A DNA stretch of 64,000 bases from an uncultured Verrucomicrobiota bacterium. Its GTDB lineage: Bacteria; Verrucomicrobiota; Verrucomicrobiia; Limisphaerales; UBA9464. The position numbers were made by a program, and so were the translations under genes. Each line of letters begins with the position of its first letter. Position 1 is the stretch's first letter. Location: assembly GCA_903939515.1 (NCBI GenBank), contig CAJAHH010000123.1, positions 29,106 to 93,105 of the forward strand, in the 5' to 3' direction. This document shows, one piece after another, positions 40,054-50,427 of this stretch. Below the pieces are notes generated by a model. That model saw only the letters and a program-made list of their open reading frames with translations. It had not been told where the DNA came from and did no database searches.

Positions 40054-41346
40054 ATGCGCATTACCCGACTTGAAGTTCGCGATATTCGCTTTCCGACGTC
40101 TAAAGGCTTGGACGGTTCGGATGCGATGAATCCGGATCCGGATTATTCCTCGGCCTACGTGATCTTGCATACGGACACCGAATGGAAGGGCTACGGGTCT
40201 ACCTTTACTATCGGCCGGGGCAACGACGTGGTTTGCGCTGCGGTCATGGCCCATGAACACCTCGTGGTGGGTCTCACGCTGGAGGAGTTTCGGGCGGCTC
40301 CGGGCGCGGTGTGGCGGCGCTTGAATGGCGACTCGCAGCTGCGATGGATCGGGCCCGACAAGGGCGCCATTCACTTGGCGCTAGCCGCCATCGTCAATGC
40401 TCTGTGGGACTTGTATGCTCGCCATGCGGGAATGCCGGTTTGGAAGCTGGTGAGCGGGTTCACGCCCGAACAGTTCGTGGCCTGCGTGGATTTCCGCTAC
40501 CTGACCGATGCCCTGACGCCGGCCGAGGCTCTTGACTTGCTGCGCCGCGCCGAACCAGGCAAGGCCGAGCGCATCGCCCGGCTCGAGCGCGAGGGTTACC
40601 CCGCTTACACCACCAGCGCCGGATGGCTGGGTTATCCGGACGACAAAATTCGCCGCCTGTGCCGCGAGGCGGTGGCTGAGGGGTGGAACCACATTAAGGT
40701 GAAGGTGGGTCGCGACCTGCCGGACGACATTCGCCGCCTCGGCATCATCCGCGAGGAAATCGGCTGGGATCGTAAACTGATGGTCGATGCCAACCAGGTC
40801 TGGGACGTGCCGCAGGCCATCGAGTGGATGCAGTCGCTGGCTCCGTTCAAGCCGTGGTGGATCGAGGAGCCGACGTCGCCCGACGACGTCCTCGGCCATG
40901 CCACCATTGCGCGGGCCATGGAGCCGCTGGGCATTGGCGTGGCCACGGGCGAGCACGGCATGAACCGGATTCTCTTCAAGCAGTTGTTGCAGGCCCGGGC
41001 TATCTCGTTCTGCCAAATCGACTCCTGCCGTTTGGGGGGCGTGAACGAGAACCTCGCGGTGCTGCTCTTGGCGGCGAAGTTCTGTGTGCCGGTGTGCCCG
41101 CACGCCGGTGGGGTTGGGTTGTGCGAGTTCGTTCAGCACATGAGCATGATCGATTTCACTTCGGTCAGTGGCAGCTGGGACGGACGGGTGTGCGAGTTTG
41201 TCGATCACTTGCACGAGCACTTCACTGATCCCTGCCGCATCCGCTCTGGTCGCTACCTGGCCCCAGAGAAAGCGGGCTACAGCACCGAGATGCACGCCGA
41301 GACTCTCGCTCGATATGAGTTTCCCAGCGGCACCGAGTGGCGGTGA
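40054..41346 (+). CDS. fucD: L-fuconate dehydratase-like enolase-superfamily enzyme
   Basis: MRITRLEVRDIRFPTSKGLDGSDAMNPDPDYSSAYVIL, KVKVG, MVDANQVW and WIEEPTSPDD. ATG 40054 is preferred over the track start at 39970. Confidence 0.8.
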   Translation: MRITRLEVRDIRFPTSKGLDGSDAMNPDPDYSSAYVILHTDTEWKGYGSTFTIGRGNDVVCAAVMAHEHLVVGLTLEEFRAAPGAVWRRLNGDSQLRWIGPDKGAIHLALAAIVNALWDLYARHAGMPVWKLVSGFTPEQFVACVDFRYLTDALTPAEALDLLRRAEPGKAERIARLEREGYPAYTTSAGWLGYPDDKIRRLCREAVAEGWNHIKVKVGRDLPDDIRRLGIIREEIGWDRKLMVDANQVWDVPQAIEWMQSLAPFKPWWIEEPTSPDDVLGHATIARAMEPLGIGVATGEHGMNRILFKQLLQARAISFCQIDSCRLGGVNENLAVLLLAAKFCVPVCPHAGGVGLCEFVQHMSMIDFTSVSGSWDGRVCEFVDHLHEHFTDPCRIRSGRYLAPEKAGYSTEMHAETLARYEFPSGTEWR

Positions 41347-41392
41347 CGTCGGGGTAGGGCGGGGGGCTGTGTAACACGAGTTTTCGAACAGT

Positions 41393-41451
41393 CCAAACTA
41401 CGATGAATCGTAAAATGGTGTTTACCAAACTACGATTCATCGTAAATTGGT
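41393..41451 (+). promoter_or_regulatory. Two 27-bp direct repeats with palindromic cores, abutting the ATPase start codon
   Basis: CCAAACTACGATGAATCGTAAAATGGT (41393-41419) and CCAAACTACGATTCATCGTAAATTGGT (41425-41451). 24/27 positions are identical with a 32-bp period. The cores are ACGAT-N2-ATCGT. A possible TTTACC-N16-TAAATT promoter lies inside. Confidence 0.4.
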
Positions 41452-41455
41452 TTCA

Positions 41456-42664
41456 ATGAACGATCGTCGCCGAATCTATGATTCCATCCTGGAGACCCAT
41501 CTGGAGACCCATCGGCAGATGGCCTTCGTCAGCGGTCCCCGGCAGGTGGGCAAGACCACGGTTTGTCGGCATGGGGCAGAGTCCTATTTCAACTGGGACG
41601 CGGCCGACGACCGGCGTCTGATCCAGAAGGGAGCGACGGCCGTGGCAGCAGCCATCGGAGCCGACAAAGCTCGCGCCGGTCGACCCAAGGTAGTCTTCGA
41701 TGAGATCCACAAAGACCGCCGTTGGAAGGCCTTCCTCAAGGGGTTCTTCGATGTTCATGCCGATCGGAAGAAACTCGGAGTGGTGGTCACCGGCAGCGCC
41801 CGGCTCAATGTCTATCGCCGGGGAGGGGACAGCCTCATGGGGCGATACTTCCTCTATCGAATGCATCCCTTCAGCGTGGCCGAATGCCTGCGCACCGACA
41901 CGCCCACCGAGGTGCTTTCGCCGCCTGCGAGGATCAGCGATGACGACTGGAACGCCCTGCTGCGTCATGGCGGGTTCCCGGAACCTTTTCTGACGCGGTC
42001 GCCGGCCTTCACCCGCAAATGGGCGCGACTTCGACTCGACCAGCTCACGGGCGAGGATCTTCGCGACCTCGGCGCCTTCCGCGATTTGGCTGGTTTGGAT
42101 CAGTTGGCACGCATCCTCTCGGAGCGATCCTCTGTTCAACTCAACTTCTCCGAGTTGGCTCGCGACCTTCAGGTTACCGCCGAGACCTCGAACCGGTGGA
42201 TCGCCGCTCTGGAACAATTGCATCTGGGGTTCACGCTGAGGCCCTGGTCCACGGACATCGCCAACTCCCTGCGAAAGGAACCCCGGTGGTTTCTGCGCGA
42301 TTGGTCGGGCGTTGAAGATGTAGGTCGCCGCGCCGAGACCTTCGTGGGCTGCCACCTGCTCAAAGCGGTCGAGGCGTGGACTGACCTTGGGTTGGGCACG
42401 TTCGAGTTGGCTTATCTTCGCACCAAACAGGGGCAGGAGGTCGACTTCGTGGTCGTGCGCGACCGGAAGCCTTGGTGTCTCGTCGAGGTCAAGAATGGCG
42501 CCACCGAACTTTCGCCCTCCCTAGCCTTCTTCCAGCAACGGACCGGGGCTCCCTACGCCTTCCAGGTGGAATTGGACGCGCCGTATGTGCCCGTCGATTG
42601 CTTCAAACACCATGGGCTTCCGTTGCGCGTGCCGGCCCGCACCTTTCTTAGTCAGTGGGTTTGA
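41456..42664 (+). CDS. AAA-family ATPase with C-terminal PD-(D/E)xK-like motif (AAA_14/DUF4143-type architecture)
   Basis: Walker A SGPRQVGKTT and Walker B VVFDEIH. The C-terminus carries EVDFVVVRDRKPWCLVEVK. The track start is TTG 41447. Confidence 0.8.
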   Translation: MNDRRRIYDSILETHLETHRQMAFVSGPRQVGKTTVCRHGAESYFNWDAADDRRLIQKGATAVAAAIGADKARAGRPKVVFDEIHKDRRWKAFLKGFFDVHADRKKLGVVVTGSARLNVYRRGGDSLMGRYFLYRMHPFSVAECLRTDTPTEVLSPPARISDDDWNALLRHGGFPEPFLTRSPAFTRKWARLRLDQLTGEDLRDLGAFRDLAGLDQLARILSERSSVQLNFSELARDLQVTAETSNRWIAALEQLHLGFTLRPWSTDIANSLRKEPRWFLRDWSGVEDVGRRAETFVGCHLLKAVEAWTDLGLGTFELAYLRTKQGQEVDFVVVRDRKPWCLVEVKNGATELSPSLAFFQQRTGAPYAFQVELDAPYVPVDCFKHHGLPLRVPARTFLSQWV

Positions 42665-42828
42665 ATTGAAGACTCGGAGAGGTCTTTTGGTAGTTGGGGT
42701 AGCGTTCGAGAGAGTAGTGAGAAATCTGGGAACAAGCGCGAACAGACTGTGGGAACAGGCGCTCTTGCACCCGGCCGCGAGCATTCCCTAGTGTCTGCGT
42801 CTTTCCGGGCGTGGCCCGGCTCATCACC

Positions 42829-44067
42829 ATGGCTTCACTCAACGACAATTATCTCAAGCTCAAGGCGGGTTATCTGTTTCCGGAAATCGGACGGCGGGTG
42901 AAGGCGTTCAATGACGCCAATCCGGCAGCGGCCGCCCGGTTGATTCGGTGCGGCATCGGCGACGTGACCGAGCCGTTGCCTGCAGCCGTGGTTGCCGCCC
43001 TGCACAAGGCGGTGGATGAGATGGCCGTGCGGAGCACCTTCAAGGGCTATGGCCCCGAGCAGGGCTACGAGTGGCTGCGGGCGGCCATTGCCGAGAATGA
43101 TTTCCGGGCCCACGGCCTCGACGTGGCCGACGATGAGATCTTTGTGAGCGACGGTTCGAAGTGCGATTGCGGGGCGATCCTCGACATCATGGGGGCTTCC
43201 AATCGTCTGGCCATCACCGATCCAGTGTACCCCGTTTATGTGGATACCAACGTCATGGCGGGCCACACGGGCGAGGCCGATGCCACGGGTGCCTACGCAG
43301 GGATTACTTACCTGCCATGCACGGCCCAGAACGGGTTCATCCCGGAGCCGCCCAAGGAGCACGTGGACGTCATTTACTTGTGCTCGCCGAACAACCCCAC
43401 CGGGGCCACGGCCTCGCGGGCTCAGCTCGAGGCCTGGGTGAAGTACGCGCTGGCCAACCGATCGATCATTTTGTTCGACGCGGCCTATGAGGCCTACATT
43501 AGCGATCCGACAATCCCGCATTCTATTTACGAGATCCCGGGGGCCCGTGAGTGTGCCATCGAGTTTCGTAGTTTCTCAAAAAATGGCGGTTTCACTGGGG
43601 TCCGGTGCGCGTTCACGGTGGTGCCCAAGACGCTCCTGGCCTCCACGGCCTCGGGCGAGTTGAAGCCCTTGCACCCGTTGTGGTCCCGGCGCATGACCAC
43701 CAAGTTCAACGGTGTGTCGTACTTGGTGCAGCGGGCGGCCGAAGCCCTGTATTCGCCGGAAGGCAAGGCCCAGGTGGCCGCCTTGGTCGAACATTACATG
43801 GGCAACGCCAAGATCCTCGTGGCGGGAGCCAAGGCAGCCGGTCATCGCGTGTTCGGTGGCGTGAATGCTCCGTACATCTGGGTGGATGCACCTAAGGGGC
43901 ACACCAGCTGGCAGGCGTTCGACCGAATCCTCAATGAGTCCAATGTGGTGATCACCCCGGGGAGCGGCTTCGGCAGTAATGGCGAAGGGTGGTTCCGTGT
44001 GAGCGGGTTCAATAGTCGAGCCAACGCTGAAGAGGTTTCCCGTCGCTTGCAGGCGTTGAACTGGTAG
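42829..44067 (+). CDS. dapL: LL-diaminopimelate aminotransferase
   Basis: [29 protein letters not shown] and the PLP-lysine block [15 protein letters not shown]. Confidence 0.9.
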   Translation: MASLNDNYLKLKAGYLFPEIGRRVKAFNDANPAAAARLIRCGIGDVTEPLPAAVVAALHKAVDEMAVRSTFKGYGPEQGYEWLRAAIAENDFRAHGLDVADDEIFVSDGSKCDCGAILDIMGASNRLAITDPVYPVYVDTNVMAGHTGEADATGAYAGITYLPCTAQNGFIPEPPKEHVDVIYLCSPNNPTGATASRAQLEAWVKYALANRSIILFDAAYEAYISDPTIPHSIYEIPGARECAIEFRSFSKNGGFTGVRCAFTVVPKTLLASTASGELKPLHPLWSRRMTTKFNGVSYLVQRAAEALYSPEGKAQVAALVEHYMGNAKILVAGAKAAGHRVFGGVNAPYIWVDAPKGHTSWQAFDRILNESNVVITPGSGFGSNGEGWFRVSGFNSRANAEEVSRRLQALNW

Positions 44068-44172
44068 CGCGGGCCTTTGCGGAGTGCTCGTTGGTGCTCG
44101 CTCGGCGCGGTCCGTGCGAGACGCAAAGTTGGACGTTGGAGGTTGGGGAAATGTGGCTTAATTTCACGCCAC

Positions 44173-46335
44173 ATGACACGCCTCCTGTTGCTCCTATTGG
44201 CGTTAGCCCTGCCTCTAGCAGCGGCCCCCTCGAGCAAAGATCCCGCCCGATGGATCGCCGCGGTTTCGCCCGGTTTGATGCAGGTGGAGTTCACCCTGCA
44301 GTTTGACCGGGGCGACGCCCCGCATGGGATTCTCGATCAGGATCCCCGTTCCACTGGCCCTCGGGCCAATAGCTTGGCCGACTTGGTCGCTGACGAGCGC
44401 CCTCTGGAAACCACCGGTTTCCTGGTGGGCCCTACGACCGTGGTGGCGATGGATCCCTGTGTGCATCCGCGATTCATCAAGACCATCGTGGTCCGGCAGG
44501 GGGCGCACCGATCCACCGCCCGCATCACGGCCTATGGCGTGGATCAATGGGCCTTTGTTCTAACCCTGGATCAGCCGATCGCTGGAACCAAGCCCATCGA
44601 ATTTCCAGCCAAGGGCACCGAGGCTCCGGCCGCCTTGGTTAGCTATTACCGCCAAGACGGACAAATGGTCCGCGTGGCGCTGCCGTGGGGTGGCCAATAC
44701 CTCGAGACCGAGTCCGGCAAGGCACTTCGGGTCTTGGAGCATCAGGGAGTGGCACTGAGCGCCCAGGGGCGGCCGTTGGGACTTGTGATGAACCATCGGC
44801 TCGATGCCGACAACCGGTGGCGGGGCAATCCCATGGCCTGGAAAATGATCGACGCCACCGCCTTTGCCTCCCAATTGAAGGAGCTAGAGAGCTTGACCGC
44901 TCAGGCGTTGGTGCGCGTCCGCCTGAGTTTCCGCAGTCCTAAGGTGACCCCGGGTCAGAACCCGATGCGTGCGCGCACTCGTGGCGACGAGGAATCGGAC
45001 GAATCGGCCACCGAACGCAACGAGTTGGGCGTACTCTTGCCCGGAGGGCGCGTGGCGGTATTGGCGGCGCTCAAGAGTGGGTTGACCGCTCGATTGGAGC
45101 GCGCCTCCATCCAGAGGGAGGGCAAGCCGCCCGTCACCGCCAAGTTTATCGCCTCTCTCCGAGATTTTGGGGTCCTGGTGATGGAACCTGAGCAACCTCT
45201 GGGCGATGCGATGCGGATCGATGCGACGCATCCGGCCGACCGCATGGGGCAACTCATGCTGCGGGCTGAGGTGGATTTACGGGGCGAAACGCGCTCGTCC
45301 TATTTTCATGAGTCCCGGATCGCCGGTGTCCGGGTAGGGGCCCGAATGGAGGCCTATCCTGAGCTGCCCGACCCGGAGGTGAAGGACACCTTTCTCTTCA
45401 CGATGGATCGCGCTCTCCACGCCCTGCCGGTCACCCGTCGGGAACTATTGGGCGGTATTCGCGATCCCTTCGCCGGTCGCCGTCAGTTGACGACTGCGCG
45501 CCAATTGGCGGACGCCGTTCGTCGCCTGCCTGAGACGGCCGATCCGGCCAACGTGCCGGTGTCGGAGGCCGACGAGAACCGATTGGCCTGGCTCGGGGTC
45601 GAACTTCAGCCGCTGACCCGTGAACTGGCCCGCGCCAACCAGGTGTCCGACCAGACGCGCGACGGCCAGACTGGCGGGCTAATCACCTACATCCATCCCG
45701 ACTCGCCCGCGGCCAAGGCGGGCATCAAAGCGGGCATGGTGATGCTGCGCTTGCGAGCCGCATCGCAGCCGGTGCCCATTGAAATCCAACTTGAGGAAGA
45801 CTTCGCGCGCGCGCAGGGCTTTCCGTGGGAACGCTTGGATGAGATTCGTGATCAATTCTTCGAGCGGATTTTTACGCCGTGGCCGCCGGTCGAAACACCG
45901 TTAACCCGGGCCCTGACCGATCTGGGCTTCGGAACCCGTTTCACGGCCGACTTTGTCGAGGAAGGCAAATTGCTCACCCAAGAGTTCGAGGTGGTTCCGG
46001 GGCCGACGCATTATGAGTCGGCGGCACGGTTTAAGTCCGAGAGTCTAGGAATCACGGTGCGCAACCTCACCTACGACGTGCTCCGCTACATCCAGCGCAA
46101 GGCCGACGAGCCCGGGGTGGTGGTCTCGCGGATCGAGCCCGGCGGGCGGGCCAGCGTCGCAGGTGTGAAGCCTTACGAGTTGATCACCCACATTCAGGAC
46201 CAGCCGGTGTCCACGGTCGCTGACTTTGAACGCCTGGTGGCGGCCGAAAAGGGAGATCTGAAGCTGACCCTCAAGCGCATGGCCAAGGGGCGCATTGCGA
46301 CAATTCGTGCGGTGTCCTCGGAGACCAAAGAATAG
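44173..46335 (+). CDS. Secreted protein with two C-terminal PDZ domains (HtrA-like layout, catalytic triad not evident)
   Basis: Signal peptide MTRLLLLLLALALPLAAAPS from ATG 44173. PDZ-like GGLITYIHPDSPAAKAGIKAGMVML and GVVVSRIEPGGRASVAGVKPYELITHI. Confidence 0.7.
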   Translation: MTRLLLLLLALALPLAAAPSSKDPARWIAAVSPGLMQVEFTLQFDRGDAPHGILDQDPRSTGPRANSLADLVADERPLETTGFLVGPTTVVAMDPCVHPRFIKTIVVRQGAHRSTARITAYGVDQWAFVLTLDQPIAGTKPIEFPAKGTEAPAALVSYYRQDGQMVRVALPWGGQYLETESGKALRVLEHQGVALSAQGRPLGLVMNHRLDADNRWRGNPMAWKMIDATAFASQLKELESLTAQALVRVRLSFRSPKVTPGQNPMRARTRGDEESDESATERNELGVLLPGGRVAVLAALKSGLTARLERASIQREGKPPVTAKFIASLRDFGVLVMEPEQPLGDAMRIDATHPADRMGQLMLRAEVDLRGETRSSYFHESRIAGVRVGARMEAYPELPDPEVKDTFLFTMDRALHALPVTRRELLGGIRDPFAGRRQLTTARQLADAVRRLPETADPANVPVSEADENRLAWLGVELQPLTRELARANQVSDQTRDGQTGGLITYIHPDSPAAKAGIKAGMVMLRLRAASQPVPIEIQLEEDFARAQGFPWERLDEIRDQFFERIFTPWPPVETPLTRALTDLGFGTRFTADFVEEGKLLTQEFEVVPGPTHYESAARFKSESLGITVRNLTYDVLRYIQRKADEPGVVVSRIEPGGRASVAGVKPYELITHIQDQPVSTVADFERLVAAEKGDLKLTLKRMAKGRIATIRAVSSETKE

Positions 46336-46342
46336 GAAACTT

Positions 46343-48862
46343 ATGAATCCATCGAAGGCATCCAGAACCCCGGTGGGTGAAGCGGGAAGAAAACTCCTAA
46401 AATGGCTCGGCATCGCTTCGTTGTGGTCGCTGGCACTGGGCGCGGCCGAAGCTCCGCCGGCAGACCCACACTGGGCCTTCCTGCCGGTGGTCCGACCGGC
46501 TATTCCTTCCACCAAAATCTCGGCCGGTGCGGCCAATCCGGTGGATACCTTCATTCAAGCCCGTCTCTCCGAGAGTGGGTTGACGCCTTCGGTCGAGGCC
46601 GATCGTGCGACGCTCATTCGGCGGTTGTACCTGGTGATGTTGGGGGTGCCGCCGACTCCGGACGAGTTGTCTGCGTTTGTGGCGGACGTGCAGCCCCGAG
46701 CTTGGGAGCGATTGTTGGATCGAGTGCTCGAGGATCCCCGCTATGGAGAACGCTGGGGACGCCATTGGCTCGATGTCATCCGGTTCGCCGAGAGCAATGG
46801 TTTTGAGACCAATCGAGAGCGGCTGAGCGCCTGGCGGTTCCGGGACTACGTGATCGAGGCCTTCAACACCGACAAGCCCTATGACCAGTTCATCCGCGAG
46901 CAAATTGCCGGAGATGCCCTAGGCATGGACGTGGCGACCGGGTTCCTAGTTGGTGGTCCGGTGGATATCGTTAAGAGCCCAGACATCACTCTGACGACTC
47001 AGCAACGGGCCGATGAAATCGATGACATGCTGGGCACCACAGGCACCTCCTTCATGGGGCTTACCTTGGGTTGTGCTCGCTGCCACACGCACAAGTTCGA
47101 TCCCATTACCCACACCGAGTACTACTCGATGGCGGCCATTTTCTCGGGCGTCCAACACGGCGAACGAACGCTGCCATTGCCGCCCGAACGGGCACAAGCG
47201 GTCGCCCGCATCGAAGGGCGGATCCAAGACCTGCAAAAGCGACTCGAAGTCTTCATTCCGCGGGCGACACCGGCATCCCCGACGGCCCCGGCAGACCGGC
47301 GACCGGCGGTGGTCGCTCGGCAGAATGAGGATCGGTTCACCGTCACTGACGCGCGGCGTGTGCGTTTTACCATTCTTGCGACGACGGGCGGCGAACCGTG
47401 CATCGACGAACTCGAAGTCTGGTCAGGCGATCACAACGTGGCCCTGGCCTCAGCAGGAACCAAAGCCACGGCCTCAGGGAGTTTGGCTGGGTATGAAATC
47501 CATAAGTTGGAGCATTTGAACGATGGACGCCCCGGCAACACGCGTTCGTGGATTTCCAGCGAGGCGGGCAAGGGTTGGGTTCAATTAGAATTCCCCAAAG
47601 CCGAGCGCATTGGTCGCGTGGTCTGGGGGCGTGATCGGGAAGGGAACTTCAAGGATCGCCTGACCACCCAGTACCGCATCGAAGTGGCGACCGAACCCGG
47701 AGGCTGGAAGACCGTGGCGACCTCCGATGATCGGGTGCCTTTCGCCGGAGAATCCACCCAGCCCTCGGGGCCGGTGTACCGCTTCGAAGGCCTCGCCGAA
47801 TCCGAGGCGTCTCAAGGGAGACGCTGGCTGGCGGAACTGGAATTGGCTCGCAAGGAGCGCGAGGCCCTTTCGAAGGCGCCGTCCATTTACTCCGGAACTT
47901 TTTCTCAACCCGGAGCGACCCATCGTTTGCACCGCGGGGATCCGCTGCTGAAACGGGAAACCGTGTCGCCGGGAACATTGGCATTGTTCAAACCGCTGGT
48001 GTTGTCCACCAACGCTCCCGAGCGCGAGCGTCGGCTTGCCTTGGCAGACTGGATCGCCCGTCCAGACAATCCCCTGACGGCCCGTGTGATCGTTAATCGC
48101 GTCTGGCAGCATCAGTTCGGAGTGGGGTTGGTTAACACTCCCAACGATTTCGGCCGGAATGGTTCCAAGCCCACGCATCCGGAATTGTTGGATTGGCTGG
48201 CGAGCGACTTAATCGAGCACGGTTGGAGCCTCAAGCACCTTCAACGGCGCATTCTCTCCTCAGCCACCTGGCAGCAATCCGGCCTGCCCCGAAAAGAGGC
48301 CCTTGCCGTGGATGCGGGCAGCCGGTTGTTGTGGCGCTTTCCTCCGCGGCGCATCGAGGCTGAGGGGATCCGTGACAGCATTTTGGCTGTCAGTGGCAAT
48401 CTAGACCGCGCCCGTGGAGGCCCCAGTTTCTACCTGCATGTGGTGGATCGGGAGAATGTCTATCACTACCATCCTAAGGAGGCGTTCGGGCCTGCCGACA
48501 CGCGCCGCATGGTGTACGCCTTCAAGGTGCGCATGGAGCAAGATGGCATTTTTGGAGCATTCGACTGTCCGGACGGCAGTTTGGTGGTGCCCAAACGCAG
48601 CGTCTCCACCACACCCTTGCAGGCACTGAACCTTTTCAATAGTCGATTTATCCTCGACCAGTCCCAGACCTTTGCTGATCGGCTTCGGCATGAGGCGGGC
48701 GAGCAACCGGAGTCTCAGGTCCGGGCGGCGTGGCAATTGGCCTTCAACCGAACTCCGCAGCGCGCCGAGGCGGAGGAAGCGATGGCCTTCGTTCGTTCCG
48801 AGGGATTGCCGGCGTTCTGCCGCGGGGTCCTCAATGCCAACGAGTTTCTCTTCATTCCATGA
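46343..48862 (+). CDS. DUF1549/DUF1553 (PSCyt/PSD1) protein with internal discoidin (F5/8 type C)-like domain
   Basis: [57 protein letters not shown] and [22 protein letters not shown]. The insert [25 protein letters not shown]...GWVQLEF...YRIEVA lies at about 47330-47740. Confidence 0.9.
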   Translation: MNPSKASRTPVGEAGRKLLKWLGIASLWSLALGAAEAPPADPHWAFLPVVRPAIPSTKISAGAANPVDTFIQARLSESGLTPSVEADRATLIRRLYLVMLGVPPTPDELSAFVADVQPRAWERLLDRVLEDPRYGERWGRHWLDVIRFAESNGFETNRERLSAWRFRDYVIEAFNTDKPYDQFIREQIAGDALGMDVATGFLVGGPVDIVKSPDITLTTQQRADEIDDMLGTTGTSFMGLTLGCARCHTHKFDPITHTEYYSMAAIFSGVQHGERTLPLPPERAQAVARIEGRIQDLQKRLEVFIPRATPASPTAPADRRPAVVARQNEDRFTVTDARRVRFTILATTGGEPCIDELEVWSGDHNVALASAGTKATASGSLAGYEIHKLEHLNDGRPGNTRSWISSEAGKGWVQLEFPKAERIGRVVWGRDREGNFKDRLTTQYRIEVATEPGGWKTVATSDDRVPFAGESTQPSGPVYRFEGLAESEASQGRRWLAELELARKEREALSKAPSIYSGTFSQPGATHRLHRGDPLLKRETVSPGTLALFKPLVLSTNAPERERRLALADWIARPDNPLTARVIVNRVWQHQFGVGLVNTPNDFGRNGSKPTHPELLDWLASDLIEHGWSLKHLQRRILSSATWQQSGLPRKEALAVDAGSRLLWRFPPRRIEAEGIRDSILAVSGNLDRARGGPSFYLHVVDRENVYHYHPKEAFGPADTRRMVYAFKVRMEQDGIFGAFDCPDGSLVVPKRSVSTTPLQALNLFNSRFILDQSQTFADRLRHEAGEQPESQVRAAWQLAFNRTPQRAEAEEAMAFVRSEGLPAFCRGVLNANEFLFIP

Positions 48863-50364
48863 GTGCACCGATCCCTCCTGCCTTCCAAAGTCCGTTGCTC
48901 AATCGGCGGCGTTTCCTCGGCGACACCGGCCTCGGCCTCGGTTCCATTGCCTTGACCCATCTCTTGGGGCGCCAGGGGTTGCTCGCTCAGAACGCAGACC
49001 GTCGGGAGCCGCTTCGGCCTCTAATTGAACCCGGCCGGCCTTACGGAGCGCGCCAGTCCCATTTCACCCCGCGCGCCAAAAACGTGCTGGTGATCTTTTG
49101 CAGCGGAGCCTGCAGCCAGCTGGATACCTTCGACTACAAGCCAGAGTTGATACGTCGGCACGGTCAGCCCATGCCAGGCACCGAGAAGCTCATCACCTTC
49201 CAGGGTGAGCAGGGTGCGCTGAACAAGAGCCCGTGGGAGTTTCGTGCGCGCGGTCAGAGCGGCAAAATGACCTCCGATCTACTGCCGCACCTGGGCGATT
49301 TAGTTGATGAGATGTGCTTCATCCACTCGATGCAGGGGAAGACCAATACGCACGGCCCTGGCGAGAACTACATGTCCACCGGCAATGCGCTCGATGGCTT
49401 TCCCAGCATGGGCGCTTGGATGACGTATGCGCTGGGCAGCGACGATCAGAGCCTGCCCGCCTATGTGGCCATTCCTGATCCGCGCGGAAAGCCCCAGAAC
49501 AGCGTGAACAATTGGGCTCCTGGATTCTTGCCAGCGGCCTTTCAGGGCACAGAGTTCAATGCCACGAACCCGATCCGCAATCTGGCACGACCCGGCGGTG
49601 TAGCGGCTTCCAGCGACAGCGCCACGCGGAGTTTCCTCCAACGCCTGAATGAACGCCACGCCGAGCGATTTCCGGGCGACACCGAGCTGGCCGCGCGGAT
49701 CGCTAGCTACGAATTGGCTGCCCGCATGCAGCTCACCGTCCCGGAGGTTGCTAACTTATCCAGCGAGCCCGAACACATCCTGCGCCTTTACGGAGCAGAT
49801 GAAGGCGGCACCAAGATCAAGGACACGCGGGCGGCCTACGCACGCAACTGCATCCTCGCCCGCCGGCTCGTCGAAAAAGGGGTGCGATTCGTGCAGCTCT
49901 TCAATGGTGCCTACCAAACCGGCGGCGAAGGCGTGAGCAACTGGGATGGCCACAAGGACATTGCCAGTCAGTACGGCATGCACGGGCCGGTCCTCGACAA
50001 GCCGACGGCCGGCTTGCTCATCGACTTGCGTCAGCGCGGCCTGTTGGAAGACACACTGGTGGTCTGGTGCACCGAATTTGGTCGCATGCCGACGTTCCAA
50101 AAGGGTTCTCAGGGACGCGACCACAACCCTGCCGGGTTTACCTGCTGGATGGCTGGAGCCGGTGTCAAAAAAGGCTTTAGCCACGGGGCCACCGATGAGT
50201 TCGGATACAAATCCATCGAGAACGTGGTCACTGTGCACGACTTCCACGCCACCATCTTGCACCTGCTCGGACTCGACCACCAGCGCCTCACTTACTACCA
50301 CAACGGCCTCGAGCGTCGTTTGACGGACGTTCACGGCGAGGTGGTTCAGGCCGTGTTGGCTTGA
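48859..50364 (+). CDS. DUF1501 domain-containing protein, TAT signal
   Basis: [54 protein letters not shown] and [19 protein letters not shown]. An ATGA overlap with the upstream stop at 48859-48862. Confidence 0.9.
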   Translation: MSAPIPPAFQSPLLNRRRFLGDTGLGLGSIALTHLLGRQGLLAQNADRREPLRPLIEPGRPYGARQSHFTPRAKNVLVIFCSGACSQLDTFDYKPELIRRHGQPMPGTEKLITFQGEQGALNKSPWEFRARGQSGKMTSDLLPHLGDLVDEMCFIHSMQGKTNTHGPGENYMSTGNALDGFPSMGAWMTYALGSDDQSLPAYVAIPDPRGKPQNSVNNWAPGFLPAAFQGTEFNATNPIRNLARPGGVAASSDSATRSFLQRLNERHAERFPGDTELAARIASYELAARMQLTVPEVANLSSEPEHILRLYGADEGGTKIKDTRAAYARNCILARRLVEKGVRFVQLFNGAYQTGGEGVSNWDGHKDIASQYGMHGPVLDKPTAGLLIDLRQRGLLEDTLVVWCTEFGRMPTFQKGSQGRDHNPAGFTCWMAGAGVKKGFSHGATDEFGYKSIENVVTVHDFHATILHLLGLDHQRLTYYHNGLERRLTDVHGEVVQAVLA

Positions 50365-50427
50365 GCGATTGGGAACAGGGGCTCTTGCACCCGGCTTTAG
50401 AAGCGCGAGCAAAGCCTTGTGGCCCTC

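Noticed and set aside
40381-42355. Minus-strand ORFs 40381..41295 and 41453..42355
   Set aside because: They are antisense to fucD and the ATPase gene, both of which are motif-supported.
42665-42828. Possible lysine riboswitch or leader upstream of dapL
   Set aside because: I could not find the conserved L-box helices or core nucleotides. The most conspicuous motif here recurs downstream of an unrelated gene at 50370.
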